Below, in pieces: positions 18,560 to 28,111 of a DNA stretch of 64,000 nt (positions within the stretch are counted from its first letter, which is position 1; every line of letters starts with the position of its first letter). Origin of the DNA: a virus; IMG/VR virus record IMGVR_UViG_3300030060_005695. One strand, written 5' to 3'. Below the pieces are notes generated by a model, which was not told the DNA's origin, ran no database searches, and saw nothing but the letters and a program-made list of their open reading frames with translations. The position numbers were made by a program, and so were the translations under genes.

Positions 18560-20005
18560 ATGAAAATCGAGATAACAGCAAAACAATTAGAACTTATTAA
18601 TGAGTCACTTATAAATGAAGGTGGGATTAGAGACATTAATAAGTTAGCTCAAAGATACCCAAAGGCAGAAATATATTTTCACCAGGATTTAGATGGGGTG
18701 GTATCCGCTTTAGGGATGAAGAACTACTTAGAAAAATATGGTATAGAAGTTATCGACACCCATGTAATACAATATGGTGACAAAGAATTTTCAGTAAAAA
18801 AACCACAAGCTAGTGAAGATGTAATGCCAGTATTAGTAGATTTTGCACACGGGAAACCAATATTTAAAATCCATACAGACCACCACGATTCACAAGCAGG
18901 GGTAGAAGATGATACTGCAACACAATTTAGAGGAGCAAGGTCAAACGTAGAAACTATTTCACAAACTATAAGTCCTAGTGATATTTTTACGGATGAAGAT
19001 ATAATGATGATTAATACTGTAGATTCTGCGGATTATGCAAAACACGATATTGAACCAGAACAAGTAATGAATCTAATTAGAGATTTTGAATCTGGTGACC
19101 AGACTTACGAAAAAAGATGGATGTTAGGTCTTTTAACTAATAAATTATTATTAGCTTATAAAAATAAACCAGGATTCCTAGAACATCTAGTTATGAATTC
19201 TTCACCATCCTTGATGAATATCTACCAAAACATAACCTCATACGCAAAAGAAAAAGGTTTTGCTTCACCAGAAGAAATGGCACAAAATCAAGCAGAATAT
19301 ATAAAATCCCAACAAGAAAGTGATAATCTAAATTTAGATGGTAATATAATAGTACAATATGGAGGTGGTAGATTATTTAAACCAGGTTCCTATGATAGAT
19401 ACACACCATTCAAAATTTATCCTGACGCTGACTTTTTTGTGGTGGCGTGGCCAATGGGACTTGTACAAGCTTCGTGTAATCCATTCAAAAAAGACAGAGC
19501 TCTTAAAGGTGTTAACTTAGGTGATATAGCACAAGAAGTACTTAAAGAAGTGGAACCACAACTTAAAAAACACCAAGTACCAGTCTCTGTGATTAAAAGA
19601 ATAGGGGAGACAAAAGCAGAAGGAGAAAGTATTGGGTTTAAAACTTCAGACTTATTCGCTCTCTATAAAGACCACCTACAAAATATGCCATCAACAGATT
19701 CTAAATACTATGATATGGCGGTTAGTATAATTGACACACCATGGGACAAGTTGAGTGAAAAACAAAAAGCAGTTTTAGATAAGATAACTGTACCAGCTTG
19801 GGATGTTATACAAGCTAATAGTGGCGGTCACAAATGTATAACTAATATTAGTGGGTTAAATTTCTTTAGTAGAGCAACTAGACAACCAGAAGGACCTTAC
19901 AAGAAAAAATCAGACGCCAAACCAACAAGATATGTAGAATTTGTAAAATGGGTACAGAAAGAAATGGTTAAGAAAATTAAAGAAAATATAGACGCTAATC
20001 AGTAA
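18560..20005 (+). CDS. DHH-family phosphoesterase with N-terminal tag
   Basis: HQDLDG, LVDFAH, TDHHD, GGH; TATTTATA at 18548-18555 before ATG 18560. Confidence 0.8.
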   Translation: MKIEITAKQLELINESLINEGGIRDINKLAQRYPKAEIYFHQDLDGVVSALGMKNYLEKYGIEVIDTHVIQYGDKEFSVKKPQASEDVMPVLVDFAHGKPIFKIHTDHHDSQAGVEDDTATQFRGARSNVETISQTISPSDIFTDEDIMMINTVDSADYAKHDIEPEQVMNLIRDFESGDQTYEKRWMLGLLTNKLLLAYKNKPGFLEHLVMNSSPSLMNIYQNITSYAKEKGFASPEEMAQNQAEYIKSQQESDNLNLDGNIIVQYGGGRLFKPGSYDRYTPFKIYPDADFFVVAWPMGLVQASCNPFKKDRALKGVNLGDIAQEVLKEVEPQLKKHQVPVSVIKRIGETKAEGESIGFKTSDLFALYKDHLQNMPSTDSKYYDMAVSIIDTPWDKLSEKQKAVLDKITVPAWDVIQANSGGHKCITNISGLNFFSRATRQPEGPYKKKSDAKPTRYVEFVKWVQKEMVKKIKENIDANQ

Positions 20006-20330
20006 ATTCTAATAAATCACCCTCACTTACATTAAATTGTCCAGAAGGTATCTCCAAAACCTTATCAGCAATGCCTTGATAGGATTCACAATTATTTTCA
20101 TAACAGGGTGGACAATTATAATGAACTTTAGTAACTTTATTATTAATGATAAAGATTATATCTAAAGAAATTAAACAATCTTTCATCCAGAAAGAACGTT
20201 CTGAAATCTCAGGAAAAACAAAAAGCATTCCACCATCAAGAAATTCCCTACCCATCATACCAGTACTAATAGCATTAGGGGTAGACATAATCTCTAGTGG
20301 GAGGACTTTATTATCTAAAATAACATTCAT
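19995..20330 (-). CDS. DUF192 family protein
   Basis: GMMGR...GMLFVF...FWMKDC..SLDIIFI...VLEI. Confidence 0.85.
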   Translation of the reverse strand: MNVILDNKVLPLEIMSTPNAISTGMMGREFLDGGMLFVFPEISERSFWMKDCLISLDIIFIINNKVTKVHYNCPPCYENNCESYQGIADKVLEIPSGQFNVSEGDLLEFTD

Positions 20331-20347
20331 ATTATTATAAATATAAA

Positions 20348-20500
20348 ATGACTAAGAAAGCGAAGGAAGATATACAAAAAGAAATAAGAGAAATACAAAA
20401 AATTCTCACAAGTTTAAAGTTGCAGGATTATAAAAGTAAAGAAGACGTACAAAAGTTGCAACAAAAACTAGATAAATTATATAACCAAATTGAAAAATGA
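20348..20500 (+). CDS. Small coiled-coil protein (50 aa, not in ORF track)
   Basis: MTKKAKEDIQKEIREIQK...; ATGA overlap with the glutamine synthetase gene. Confidence 0.5.
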   Translation: MTKKAKEDIQKEIREIQKILTSLKLQDYKSKEDVQKLQQKLDKLYNQIEK

Positions 20501-21543
20501 CAAAAATTAAAACAAAAATTGAATACATCTGGTTAGACGGAACCCAACCAGAACAAACACTAAGGAGTAAAACTAAGATTGTAGACTTAGACAGTACTAT
20601 TACGACACCCAAACCTGAAGACTTACCAGAATGGTCGTTTGATGGTAGCTCAACAGCACAAGCCGTTGGTAATAATTCCGATTGTATCTTAAGACCAGTA
20701 AGGGTTTATCCAGACCCACAGAGAATAGGTTCTTATCTTGCATTATGTGAAGTATTAAATGAAAAAGGAATGTCTCATAAGACTAACGAAAGAGCAGAAT
20801 TAGAAGATATAGATTTTCATAGACACAAAGAAGGGTGGTGGTTTGGATTTGAACAAGAGTACGTCTTAATGAAAGACGGTAAACCACTAGGATTCCCTAA
20901 AGAAGGATATCCAGAACCACAAGGAAAATATTATTGTGGTGTAGGAACAGATAGAGTTATTGGTAGAGAAATTGTGGAACAACATTTAGACGCTTGTATG
21001 AATATTGGTTTAGACATCACAGGTGTTAACGCGGAGGTAATGTTAGGTCAATGGGAGTACCAACTATTCGGTAAAGGAGCTCTAAAGGTTTCTGATGATT
21101 TATGGGTTAGTAGATATCTTTTATATAGAATTACTGAAAATCATGGAGTAACAGTAGACCTACGACCAAAACCAGTGGAAGGTGATTGGAACGGTTCAGG
21201 AATGCACGTAAACTTTTCTACTAAAGAAATGAGAGAAGAGGGTGGTAAAGATTTGATAGAAGGTATTTGTGATACATTATCATTCTACCATGAAGAACAC
21301 ATCAATAATTACGGTAGTGATAATGAAAAAAGGTTAACGGGATTACATGAAACACAAGCTATAGACAAATTTAGTTATGGTGTGTCTGACAGAGGAGCTA
21401 GTATTAGAATTCCAGTGTCTACAGTAAAAAATAATTGGAAAGGTTATGTTGAAGATAGAAGGCCGGGAAGTAACGGAGACCCATACAAAATAACTAAAAG
21501 ATTATTACAAACTTTACAACCTCAACCAGAATTAGTAGACTAG
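20497..21543 (+). CDS. glnII: Glutamine synthetase type II
   Basis: EYIWLDG, WSFDGSST, FGFEQEY, NAEVMLGQWEYQ, DWNGSGMH, RLTGLHET, RGASIRIP, EDRRP. Confidence 0.93.
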   Translation: MTKIKTKIEYIWLDGTQPEQTLRSKTKIVDLDSTITTPKPEDLPEWSFDGSSTAQAVGNNSDCILRPVRVYPDPQRIGSYLALCEVLNEKGMSHKTNERAELEDIDFHRHKEGWWFGFEQEYVLMKDGKPLGFPKEGYPEPQGKYYCGVGTDRVIGREIVEQHLDACMNIGLDITGVNAEVMLGQWEYQLFGKGALKVSDDLWVSRYLLYRITENHGVTVDLRPKPVEGDWNGSGMHVNFSTKEMREEGGKDLIEGICDTLSFYHEEHINNYGSDNEKRLTGLHETQAIDKFSYGVSDRGASIRIPVSTVKNNWKGYVEDRRPGSNGDPYKITKRLLQTLQPQPELVD

Positions 21544-21570
21544 TTAAAAAATAATTATTATATTTGTGAC

Positions 21571-21768
21571 ATGAAAAGTCCTAATATTAAAAAAGATGCT
21601 GATTTTGTACTAAAAGTACTAAATAATCCCCTTAATAAAGAAGTTCATAGACCAGCTTTAAAAAAGTTGATTGATAATTTTGAAAATAAGTGGAATGATT
21701 TATTAGGGCCAGGAGTAGCAGATTTTTATATTAACCTTTTAAATAAAAAATACAAAAATGCCATATAA
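21571..21768 (+). CDS. Hypothetical protein
   Basis: ORF; TATATTTG at 21559-21566. Confidence 0.55.
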   Translation: MKSPNIKKDADFVLKVLNNPLNKEVHRPALKKLIDNFENKWNDLLGPGVADFYINLLNKKYKNAI

Positions 21769-21952
21769 TATAGTAAAAGAAATGATAGACCCTAAAACAG
21801 GTAATAAATCGTTTGTCCTATTAACAGACGGATTATCTCAAATATGGGATGTAAAAAATGAAAAAGAAGCTCAAAGAATAGCTACAATGATGACAGAAAA
21901 TTCAGATAGTGGTTGGGTTTATAAAATTAGAAAAACTTGTAATATTAAATAG
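21758..21952 (+). CDS. Hypothetical protein
   Basis: ORF. Confidence 0.55.
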   Translation: MPYNIVKEMIDPKTGNKSFVLLTDGLSQIWDVKNEKEAQRIATMMTENSDSGWVYKIRKTCNIK

Positions 21953-21954
21953 AA

Positions 21955-22347
21955 ATGTTAAAAAAAACCACACATCAATATAAGTTTAACAGGAGAAGAG
22001 CTCTGGAATGTAAATTTGTAGAAAAAAGTAAAAATAATCCAGGATACCTGAAGTACTTGGTTACAATAGGTGAAAAAGATGGAACAAAACACACCCAACC
22101 AGTATACGGTAAAGATATGCAAGATGCACTAAGTAGACTAATAAACCAAGAAAGAACTGTTAAGGTGGAAAAGAAATTAGAAAATAATACAGGATTTATA
22201 TTTCTAATATGGTTGGTATTAATGGGTGTACCAGCATTTTTTGTTGAACACCACACACCGTGGTTCCTAGTATATACGATGGGGACACTATTAGTATTAA
22301 TATTAGCCGCAACTTGGTGGTATAATTATATTAGAAAAGGAGAATAA
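21955..22347 (+). CDS. Membrane protein
   Basis: Two C-terminal TM helices. Confidence 0.6.
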   Translation: MLKKTTHQYKFNRRRALECKFVEKSKNNPGYLKYLVTIGEKDGTKHTQPVYGKDMQDALSRLINQERTVKVEKKLENNTGFIFLIWLVLMGVPAFFVEHHTPWFLVYTMGTLLVLILAATWWYNYIRKGE

Positions 22348-22348
22348 T

Positions 22349-22570
22349 ATGTATAGAATAGTAAAAGAAGAAAATAGATTAAGTGGTAAAATACAATATA
22401 TTATAGAAAAACGTAAAAAGTTTTTATGGATGGTATCTTGGACAAGGGATTTAGATTTAGACGTACAACAGATAGGTCCTGTAGGGGCCCCTACATTAAG
22501 TGGTGCTAAATATAAAATGGACCAGATAATTGCATGGGATGGTAAAATTCTTAAAAAAACCACAGTTTAA
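22349..22570 (+). CDS. Hypothetical protein
   Basis: ORF. Confidence 0.55.
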   Translation: MYRIVKEENRLSGKIQYIIEKRKKFLWMVSWTRDLDLDVQQIGPVGAPTLSGAKYKMDQIIAWDGKILKKTTV

Positions 22571-22809
22571 TGATGTTAGACCCCTTAGAAAAAAATGCAG
22601 CTTTTAGATTAGCTTACGAATTTATTATAAGTTCTATGGAAGAAGATGAAGTATACGAAAACTTAGAATTTGTTAATAAAGACCTACCACACAAAACACT
22701 AGACAAACTTATTAACTTCTTTGAAAAAACAGAAGAGTACGAAAAATGCTCCAAACTTCAAAAAATAAAACATACTAGACTTTCCAACTATTCCAAATAT
22801 AACTTGTAA
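22570..22809 (+). CDS. Small protein with UVR-like EEYEKC motif
   Basis: FFEKTEEYEKCSKL. Confidence 0.55.
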   Translation: MMLDPLEKNAAFRLAYEFIISSMEEDEVYENLEFVNKDLPHKTLDKLINFFEKTEEYEKCSKLQKIKHTRLSNYSKYNL

Positions 22810-22835
22810 TTACTTTATATTTATAGTAGATAACT

Positions 22836-24461
22836 ATGAATATGTTAAACGAACAGGTAAATAAAAGAGTTGTATACGAGGATGATAAATATGAACTCGT
22901 ATTACCTTATAATATTGCATCTATTTGTTCTATAGCACCCCAATGGTGTAAGGACGAAAAAATTAAAGAAGCTACCGTAAACGCGTTTAAAAGTGGTGGG
23001 GTAACTTATATAATCATAGAAAAGGATAAAAATAAAGTAGGGATAGTACACGACACCAAAAGTAAAATACCTTTAAGATTTAGTGGGGAATACGCTCTTT
23101 TTGACCCGCTCAGAGACCACGCGTTAAATCCAAGTTGGTACCAGAAAAAAGACGCAAAAAAATTCTTTAGTGACAAACCCACACTAATAGAAAAACTAAA
23201 CATACCTTACTCCCTCAAAGAAAGATTAAAATTTGAAATGCCTTTTACTGAAAAGGAAATGAGACAATTTTCAGAAAAGAATGATTTTGCAAAAGCAGTT
23301 TATGATGAGATAAGAGGTGAGAAAGGACAAAATCTGGACTGGGAAAAGTTTGAAGGTAACGACAACACTACAGTATCTACAGATAGTTGGTTTTTTGATA
23401 ATATGAATGACGATGAAATAGGAATCATGCCTGATGGAGAAGGAATCTTAATAATCGCCAACGACGAAACTTTTAAAGATAAGTTTTTAGATTTAAGTCA
23501 GGATGATGACTGGGCATATAACGCAGCTATGGGTTACCGTGGTTATTATGATGATTGTGAGGAAATGGATACAGAGGAATTAAACTATATGAACGGTTAT
23601 TTAACCCCAGAAAACCGTGGACGATTACAAAATCTTAGAGAGTTAGTGGGAGAACCAAAATTTACAGAACAGGAATTACAACACGATGAAGGAACCGTAT
23701 ATGATTTCCTTGAGAAGTATTTTCCAATAGAAGCAGATGATATGGCTGATGAGTGGTTAAGTAGTTTAGGTTGTGCAGTTTGGAGAAGTAGAGCACAAGC
23801 TACTAAAGACGAGATAGATGAAGCAAAAGTATTTGACTGGGATGAAAGAGGTAGAAACACCGAAATGTATATAACATGGAAACAATTATTACAAGTTATT
23901 GGTACAAAGAGTGTTGAAAATTTTGCTGATTTGGGTGAAATAGAACTAAATGGGTTACCTAATTTATATGATGGTTGGTATGATGCGTGGGATGTAGATG
24001 ATGAAGGAAGTAATGATATGAATGCAGCTTTTACAAAAATGTTGGATGATATAGAAGAAGATGGGGTAGACACGATTATGGATAGAGTTAAAAGAAGAGA
24101 AAGTTTTCTTAAAACACTTGGTGAACTAGGATTTAAAAAAGCAACAGGATGGAATCCTGGATTCTCAAACAGAACAGATGTACATAATTGGAAAACTAGT
24201 GATGGTAAGTCTACTGTATTGGCAAATATAACAGTCGGAAATTATGACTCCAAAGACGAAACAGTATCATTTAAGGATGAAAGTCACAACTCAACCAATA
24301 CGGATAGAATGGACGATGTTAAATTAGAAGATTTCCTAGAGTACGTAACCAACCCAAGACTACCATTTAATCAAGAAGAAAAAGAAGTTAACGAAAACTA
24401 TACAAATAGAATTATTAATAATATTATTAATAATATAATCACAGAAAATGTACGTAAGTAA
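22836..24461 (+). CDS. Large acidic hypothetical protein, putative virion cargo
   Basis: MNMLNEQ start; VVYEDDKYELVLP...WC domain resembling part of ORF 25719; TATTTATA at 22818-22825. Confidence 0.7.
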   Translation: MNMLNEQVNKRVVYEDDKYELVLPYNIASICSIAPQWCKDEKIKEATVNAFKSGGVTYIIIEKDKNKVGIVHDTKSKIPLRFSGEYALFDPLRDHALNPSWYQKKDAKKFFSDKPTLIEKLNIPYSLKERLKFEMPFTEKEMRQFSEKNDFAKAVYDEIRGEKGQNLDWEKFEGNDNTTVSTDSWFFDNMNDDEIGIMPDGEGILIIANDETFKDKFLDLSQDDDWAYNAAMGYRGYYDDCEEMDTEELNYMNGYLTPENRGRLQNLRELVGEPKFTEQELQHDEGTVYDFLEKYFPIEADDMADEWLSSLGCAVWRSRAQATKDEIDEAKVFDWDERGRNTEMYITWKQLLQVIGTKSVENFADLGEIELNGLPNLYDGWYDAWDVDDEGSNDMNAAFTKMLDDIEEDGVDTIMDRVKRRESFLKTLGELGFKKATGWNPGFSNRTDVHNWKTSDGKSTVLANITVGNYDSKDETVSFKDESHNSTNTDRMDDVKLEDFLEYVTNPRLPFNQEEKEVNENYTNRIINNIINNIITENVRK

Positions 24462-24663
24462 AACAAGAAGTATTCTCAAAGCTATCAGTTGGAGAATCGT
24501 AGGAACATTGGATACAATGGCTCTAGGATGGATAATAACTGGTAACCCAGTAATGGGGTTAAAAATTGGTGCGTTAGAATTATGCACCAAGTTCGTATTA
24601 TACTATATCCATGAAAGAATCTGGGTAAAATCCCAATGGGGCACAAAAAAGAAAAAATCCTAA
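24448..24663 (+). CDS. DUF2061 membrane protein
   Basis: RSILKAISWRIVGTLDT...KFVLYYIHERIW. Confidence 0.85.
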   Translation: MYVSKTRSILKAISWRIVGTLDTMALGWIITGNPVMGLKIGALELCTKFVLYYIHERIWVKSQWGTKKKKS

Positions 24664-24972
24664 TATATATTTTGTTATTCTCAAAATTTTATTTATATTT
24701 GTCTTATGGAAAAATTAGTACAAATAATAGGTATAGCTTGGGTGATAATGTGTGTAGGGCTAATAACATGGACCTTTTTAGAATATCTATTTCTTAAATT
24801 TAAAGACCCAAAAATATGAAAGTAATAATCTGGATAGAAGAAGACCAACTAGACGAGTTAATTAAAGGTAATACAATAGACTACTGGGAAAGAGAACCAG
24901 GTATGTTTGAAAAAGTAATCCAAGTGACAGTAGATACTGACACGTACCAAAAATTAAAAGATAATAGAACAA

Positions 24973-25674
24973 ATGATAGACCAAATACAGACTAATAAAT
25001 TATTATTTATAGATATTGAGACGTGTGGTTGTTACGCAACTTTAGATGAGGTAAAAGAAAAAAATACTACTTTATTTAATTTGTGGAATAAAATGGGTGA
25101 TTCTTATTTTAGAAGACACTATCCTGAGGATTTAAGAATGTCTGAAGGTGAATTATTTAAAAAATACTCTGGTTTATTACCAGAATTTGGGAGAGTAGTT
25201 TGTGTAAGTGCTGGTTTTATAACAGGAGAAGATAGAAAAATACAATCATTCACAAAAGGGGGAGAAGACGACATTTTAAAAGAAACGGTAGAACTACTTA
25301 ACAGGGTAAATAAATTAGGTTTTTCTCTTTGTGGTCATAATATTAAAACTTTTGATTTACCTTATTTAGGTAAAAGAATGTTAATAAACAAGATTAAACC
25401 ATCACCTATAATGCCTTCTCATGACACCAAACCCTGGGAAATAAAAGCATTGGACACCAAAGAACTCTGGAACTTTGGTTCGTACAAAGGTTTGTCAGCC
25501 TTACACTTAATATGTAGTGTGTTAGGTTTTGAAACCCCTAAAGATGGAAAAGTAGATGGTTCTAACATCCATAAAAGTTATTACATGGATAATAATATTT
25601 CAGAGATAAAAGAATATTGTGAAAAAGATGTAAATGCATTGATGGATATAGTTTCTCACGTAAAATCTCTATAA
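24973..25674 (+). CDS. DEDD 3'-5' exonuclease, PolB-exo-like
   Basis: FIDIET, GHNIKTFDLPYL, YCEKDV. Confidence 0.85.
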   Translation: MIDQIQTNKLLFIDIETCGCYATLDEVKEKNTTLFNLWNKMGDSYFRRHYPEDLRMSEGELFKKYSGLLPEFGRVVCVSAGFITGEDRKIQSFTKGGEDDILKETVELLNRVNKLGFSLCGHNIKTFDLPYLGKRMLINKIKPSPIMPSHDTKPWEIKALDTKELWNFGSYKGLSALHLICSVLGFETPKDGKVDGSNIHKSYYMDNNISEIKEYCEKDVNALMDIVSHVKSL

Positions 25675-25718
25675 ATTCTTTCTAATTAACATATATTTAT
25701 ATAAAAACAGATTTAAAC

Positions 25719-27131
25719 ATGGCCTTTAACTTTAAGGAAATCTTAACTAATTTAATTATTGAGGACAGTCGTTACGATGTTCTCATGAAAAAGTACACCC
25801 AACCAAAAAAGAAAGGTAAGAAAGCTCAAATGGATAAGGATTTATTAATAGACCTTATGCAAGCAGACCCGACCACTAAAGGTGATTTTGATGGAGATAG
25901 AGATACTAGAGATGTTACTAAAGTAGGAGCTTATACTAACTGGTTAATTAAACAATGGTTAGGCTTACAACAAAAGGCAGACGCAGAACACGACTATGGG
26001 ACACCAGAATGGACTCAAAAGTTGGAGAGACTACAAGAATTATTTATGGAAGACCTTTATAAGGTAACTGAAGACTTAGAAAAATTCCATTACCTAAAGA
26101 AAACAAAAAAATATAAAGGACAAAAAGATATAGGACAAATAAAATCCGTAGATGACTTATATGACAATGTAAAAGACTATCAAGTCAGTAAGGATGAGAT
26201 AACTAAGACTAAAGCAGAAAGACTAAGAGATGATGTTGATAAAGTTTATGAAGATGATAAATGGTTAATCTTAGTACCTAAATCTAAAGAAGCTTCGTGT
26301 CATTACGGTGGTGGACAAACTAGATGGTGTACGGCCTCTAAGAGTAGTAATTATTATGACCACTATTCTAAACAAGGTCCTCTATATATGATGATGTATA
26401 AGGAAGATGCCGGTAAAGCCCCAGCTGAAAATAGAAGTCATCAGTTCCACTTTGAAAGTAATTCATTTTATAATGCAGAGGATAGAAGTATTGATTTAGG
26501 TTCGTTCTTTGCAACATATCCTGAACTTAAACCATTCTTTAAAGAAAAGTTTGCAACGTTTATGGGTAAAGATTATGGTAAACAAGTACAATTAAGATAC
26601 CCTAATGATACAGCATCTAAATATATTTCTATTTATGGTTTTGATGAGTTCTTTGAAGCTTTACCAGAAACCTTAGAGAGACTAGATATTGAGATATCAA
26701 ATAATAGAGGGTACGGTCAAAAAGACCAAAAAACACCAGCTTTTAGATTACCAGATGATATTACAAGATTTAAAAATTTAGAAATGTTACACATTGAAGG
26801 TATGTTAAGTGAGTTACCAGATGAGGTAGGTGAGTTAAAAAACTTACAATTTATATCCATACCTAACAACCCTAATTTAGTGCACATTCCAGAAGCGATA
26901 GCTAATCTACCAAACCTAGAAGTACTAAATGTTAAAAATAATAGTAAAATGGTTATACCACACAAAATTATGGAAAAAGCAGCTTGTGGTGAACTAGTAC
27001 TAATTAAAACACAACCCGACCAGTCCTTTGGAGTTGGAGAATGTCAAAATGGACAAAAAGTAGTAGTTAATTACGTTGATAAACAGGGTGATTACAAGAC
27101 TGCTGAAGAAGCAGAAGCTTCGATACAGTAA
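25719..27131 (+). CDS. Leucine-rich-repeat protein with N-terminal tag and central YGxxxxxWC domain
   Basis: C-terminal LRRs (LPDEVGELKNLQFISI, IPEAIANLPNLEVLNV); TATTTATA at 25694-25701. Confidence 0.75.
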   Translation: MAFNFKEILTNLIIEDSRYDVLMKKYTQPKKKGKKAQMDKDLLIDLMQADPTTKGDFDGDRDTRDVTKVGAYTNWLIKQWLGLQQKADAEHDYGTPEWTQKLERLQELFMEDLYKVTEDLEKFHYLKKTKKYKGQKDIGQIKSVDDLYDNVKDYQVSKDEITKTKAERLRDDVDKVYEDDKWLILVPKSKEASCHYGGGQTRWCTASKSSNYYDHYSKQGPLYMMMYKEDAGKAPAENRSHQFHFESNSFYNAEDRSIDLGSFFATYPELKPFFKEKFATFMGKDYGKQVQLRYPNDTASKYISIYGFDEFFEALPETLERLDIEISNNRGYGQKDQKTPAFRLPDDITRFKNLEMLHIEGMLSELPDEVGELKNLQFISIPNNPNLVHIPEAIANLPNLEVLNVKNNSKMVIPHKIMEKAACGELVLIKTQPDQSFGVGECQNGQKVVVNYVDKQGDYKTAEEAEASIQ

Positions 27132-27157
27132 AATCGTTAAATTTAAAAACATTATTT

Positions 27158-27346
27158 ATGGAAAATTTTCTATTAAGTTTAGATAGAAAAAAGCAAATCA
27201 AAATGCTAGAAGACGCATTAAAAGAGGATAGGTTCGATATATTTACAACCCTATCAAAAGTATTATTGGATGCACCTTTAGATAAAGGAGGTATACCAAC
27301 TGAAGTAATTGAGGACCTATTTAAAAAATACCAAAAAACTTACTAA
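27158..27346 (+). CDS. Hypothetical protein
   Basis: ORF. Confidence 0.5.
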   Translation: MENFLLSLDRKKQIKMLEDALKEDRFDIFTTLSKVLLDAPLDKGGIPTEVIEDLFKKYQKTY

Positions 27347-27402
27347 CTCTTCTTGTCTAAACACAAAATTTATTATATACTTATACTGAGTTAAAGACAC
27401 AT

Positions 27403-27475
27403 GCGGGTGTAGCTTAATGAAAAGCGGCATACATTCCAGTAGGTAGATGGTGATTCGTTTCACCCACCCGCTCTA
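27403..27475 (+). tRNA. Degenerate tRNA-Gly(TCC)-like RNA
   Basis: Acceptor stem GCGGGTG/CACCCGC, D stem GCTT/AAGC, TCC at 27435-27437, T stem GGTGA/TCACC. Anticodon and T loops are 6 nt, the D loop lacks GG and the 3' end is TCTA. Confidence 0.65.
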
Positions 27476-27491
27476 AAATTTAAAAATAATT

Positions 27492-27779
27492 ATGGCAAAA
27501 GTAAGAAAACACGGACAAACCAGTAGAAGTACAAGAAGAAAAGCTGCGGAACTTAGACAAGAGTATTATAATAGTTTAACACCCCAACAAAAATTAGATA
27601 GGTTACCTATTAATGGTGAATCAAAAAAAGAAATTAAAAGATTGACACATCTAATAAAATTTGGTAGAAAACTAAATGAAGCAGCGACACCTTCTAAAAC
27701 TAAAAAATTAAAAGATGCTAAACCATCAAGAAAAGAAAGGTGGGAAGCTAAACAGAAAATAAATAATAAAAATAATTAA
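27492..27779 (+). CDS. Basic hypothetical protein
   Basis: K/R-rich ORF. Confidence 0.6.
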   Translation: MAKVRKHGQTSRSTRRKAAELRQEYYNSLTPQQKLDRLPINGESKKEIKRLTHLIKFGRKLNEAATPSKTKKLKDAKPSRKERWEAKQKINNKNN

Positions 27780-27793
27780 AAAAAAAGAAAATT

Positions 27794-28030
27794 ATGAATT
27801 TACAAGTATACACCTTTTTAAAATCACAGGCTGAAGCAGATAAAAACAAAGCATTAGCTAGTTTACATTTATTAACTAATCACCCAGCAGGGATAGGTGA
27901 CCACTCAACTAAAGACTATTGGGATAATTGTAACGAAGCAATTAGATTACTAGCTTCAGCAGATGAAAGGTTGGAGACACTAGAAAGATATTTTACTAAA
28001 CCTACAGAAACAACAAGTACAGAAGAGTAG
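27794..28030 (+). CDS. Hypothetical protein
   Basis: ORF with HPAGIGDHS motif. Confidence 0.6.
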   Translation: MNLQVYTFLKSQAEADKNKALASLHLLTNHPAGIGDHSTKDYWDNCNEAIRLLASADERLETLERYFTKPTETTSTEE

Positions 28031-28111
28031 TAAAATATATAACTAGAAACTTGACAGACAAAAAAAATTAATATATAATTAAAGAACGTTTTAAACTTTA
28101 AAAAGATAACT

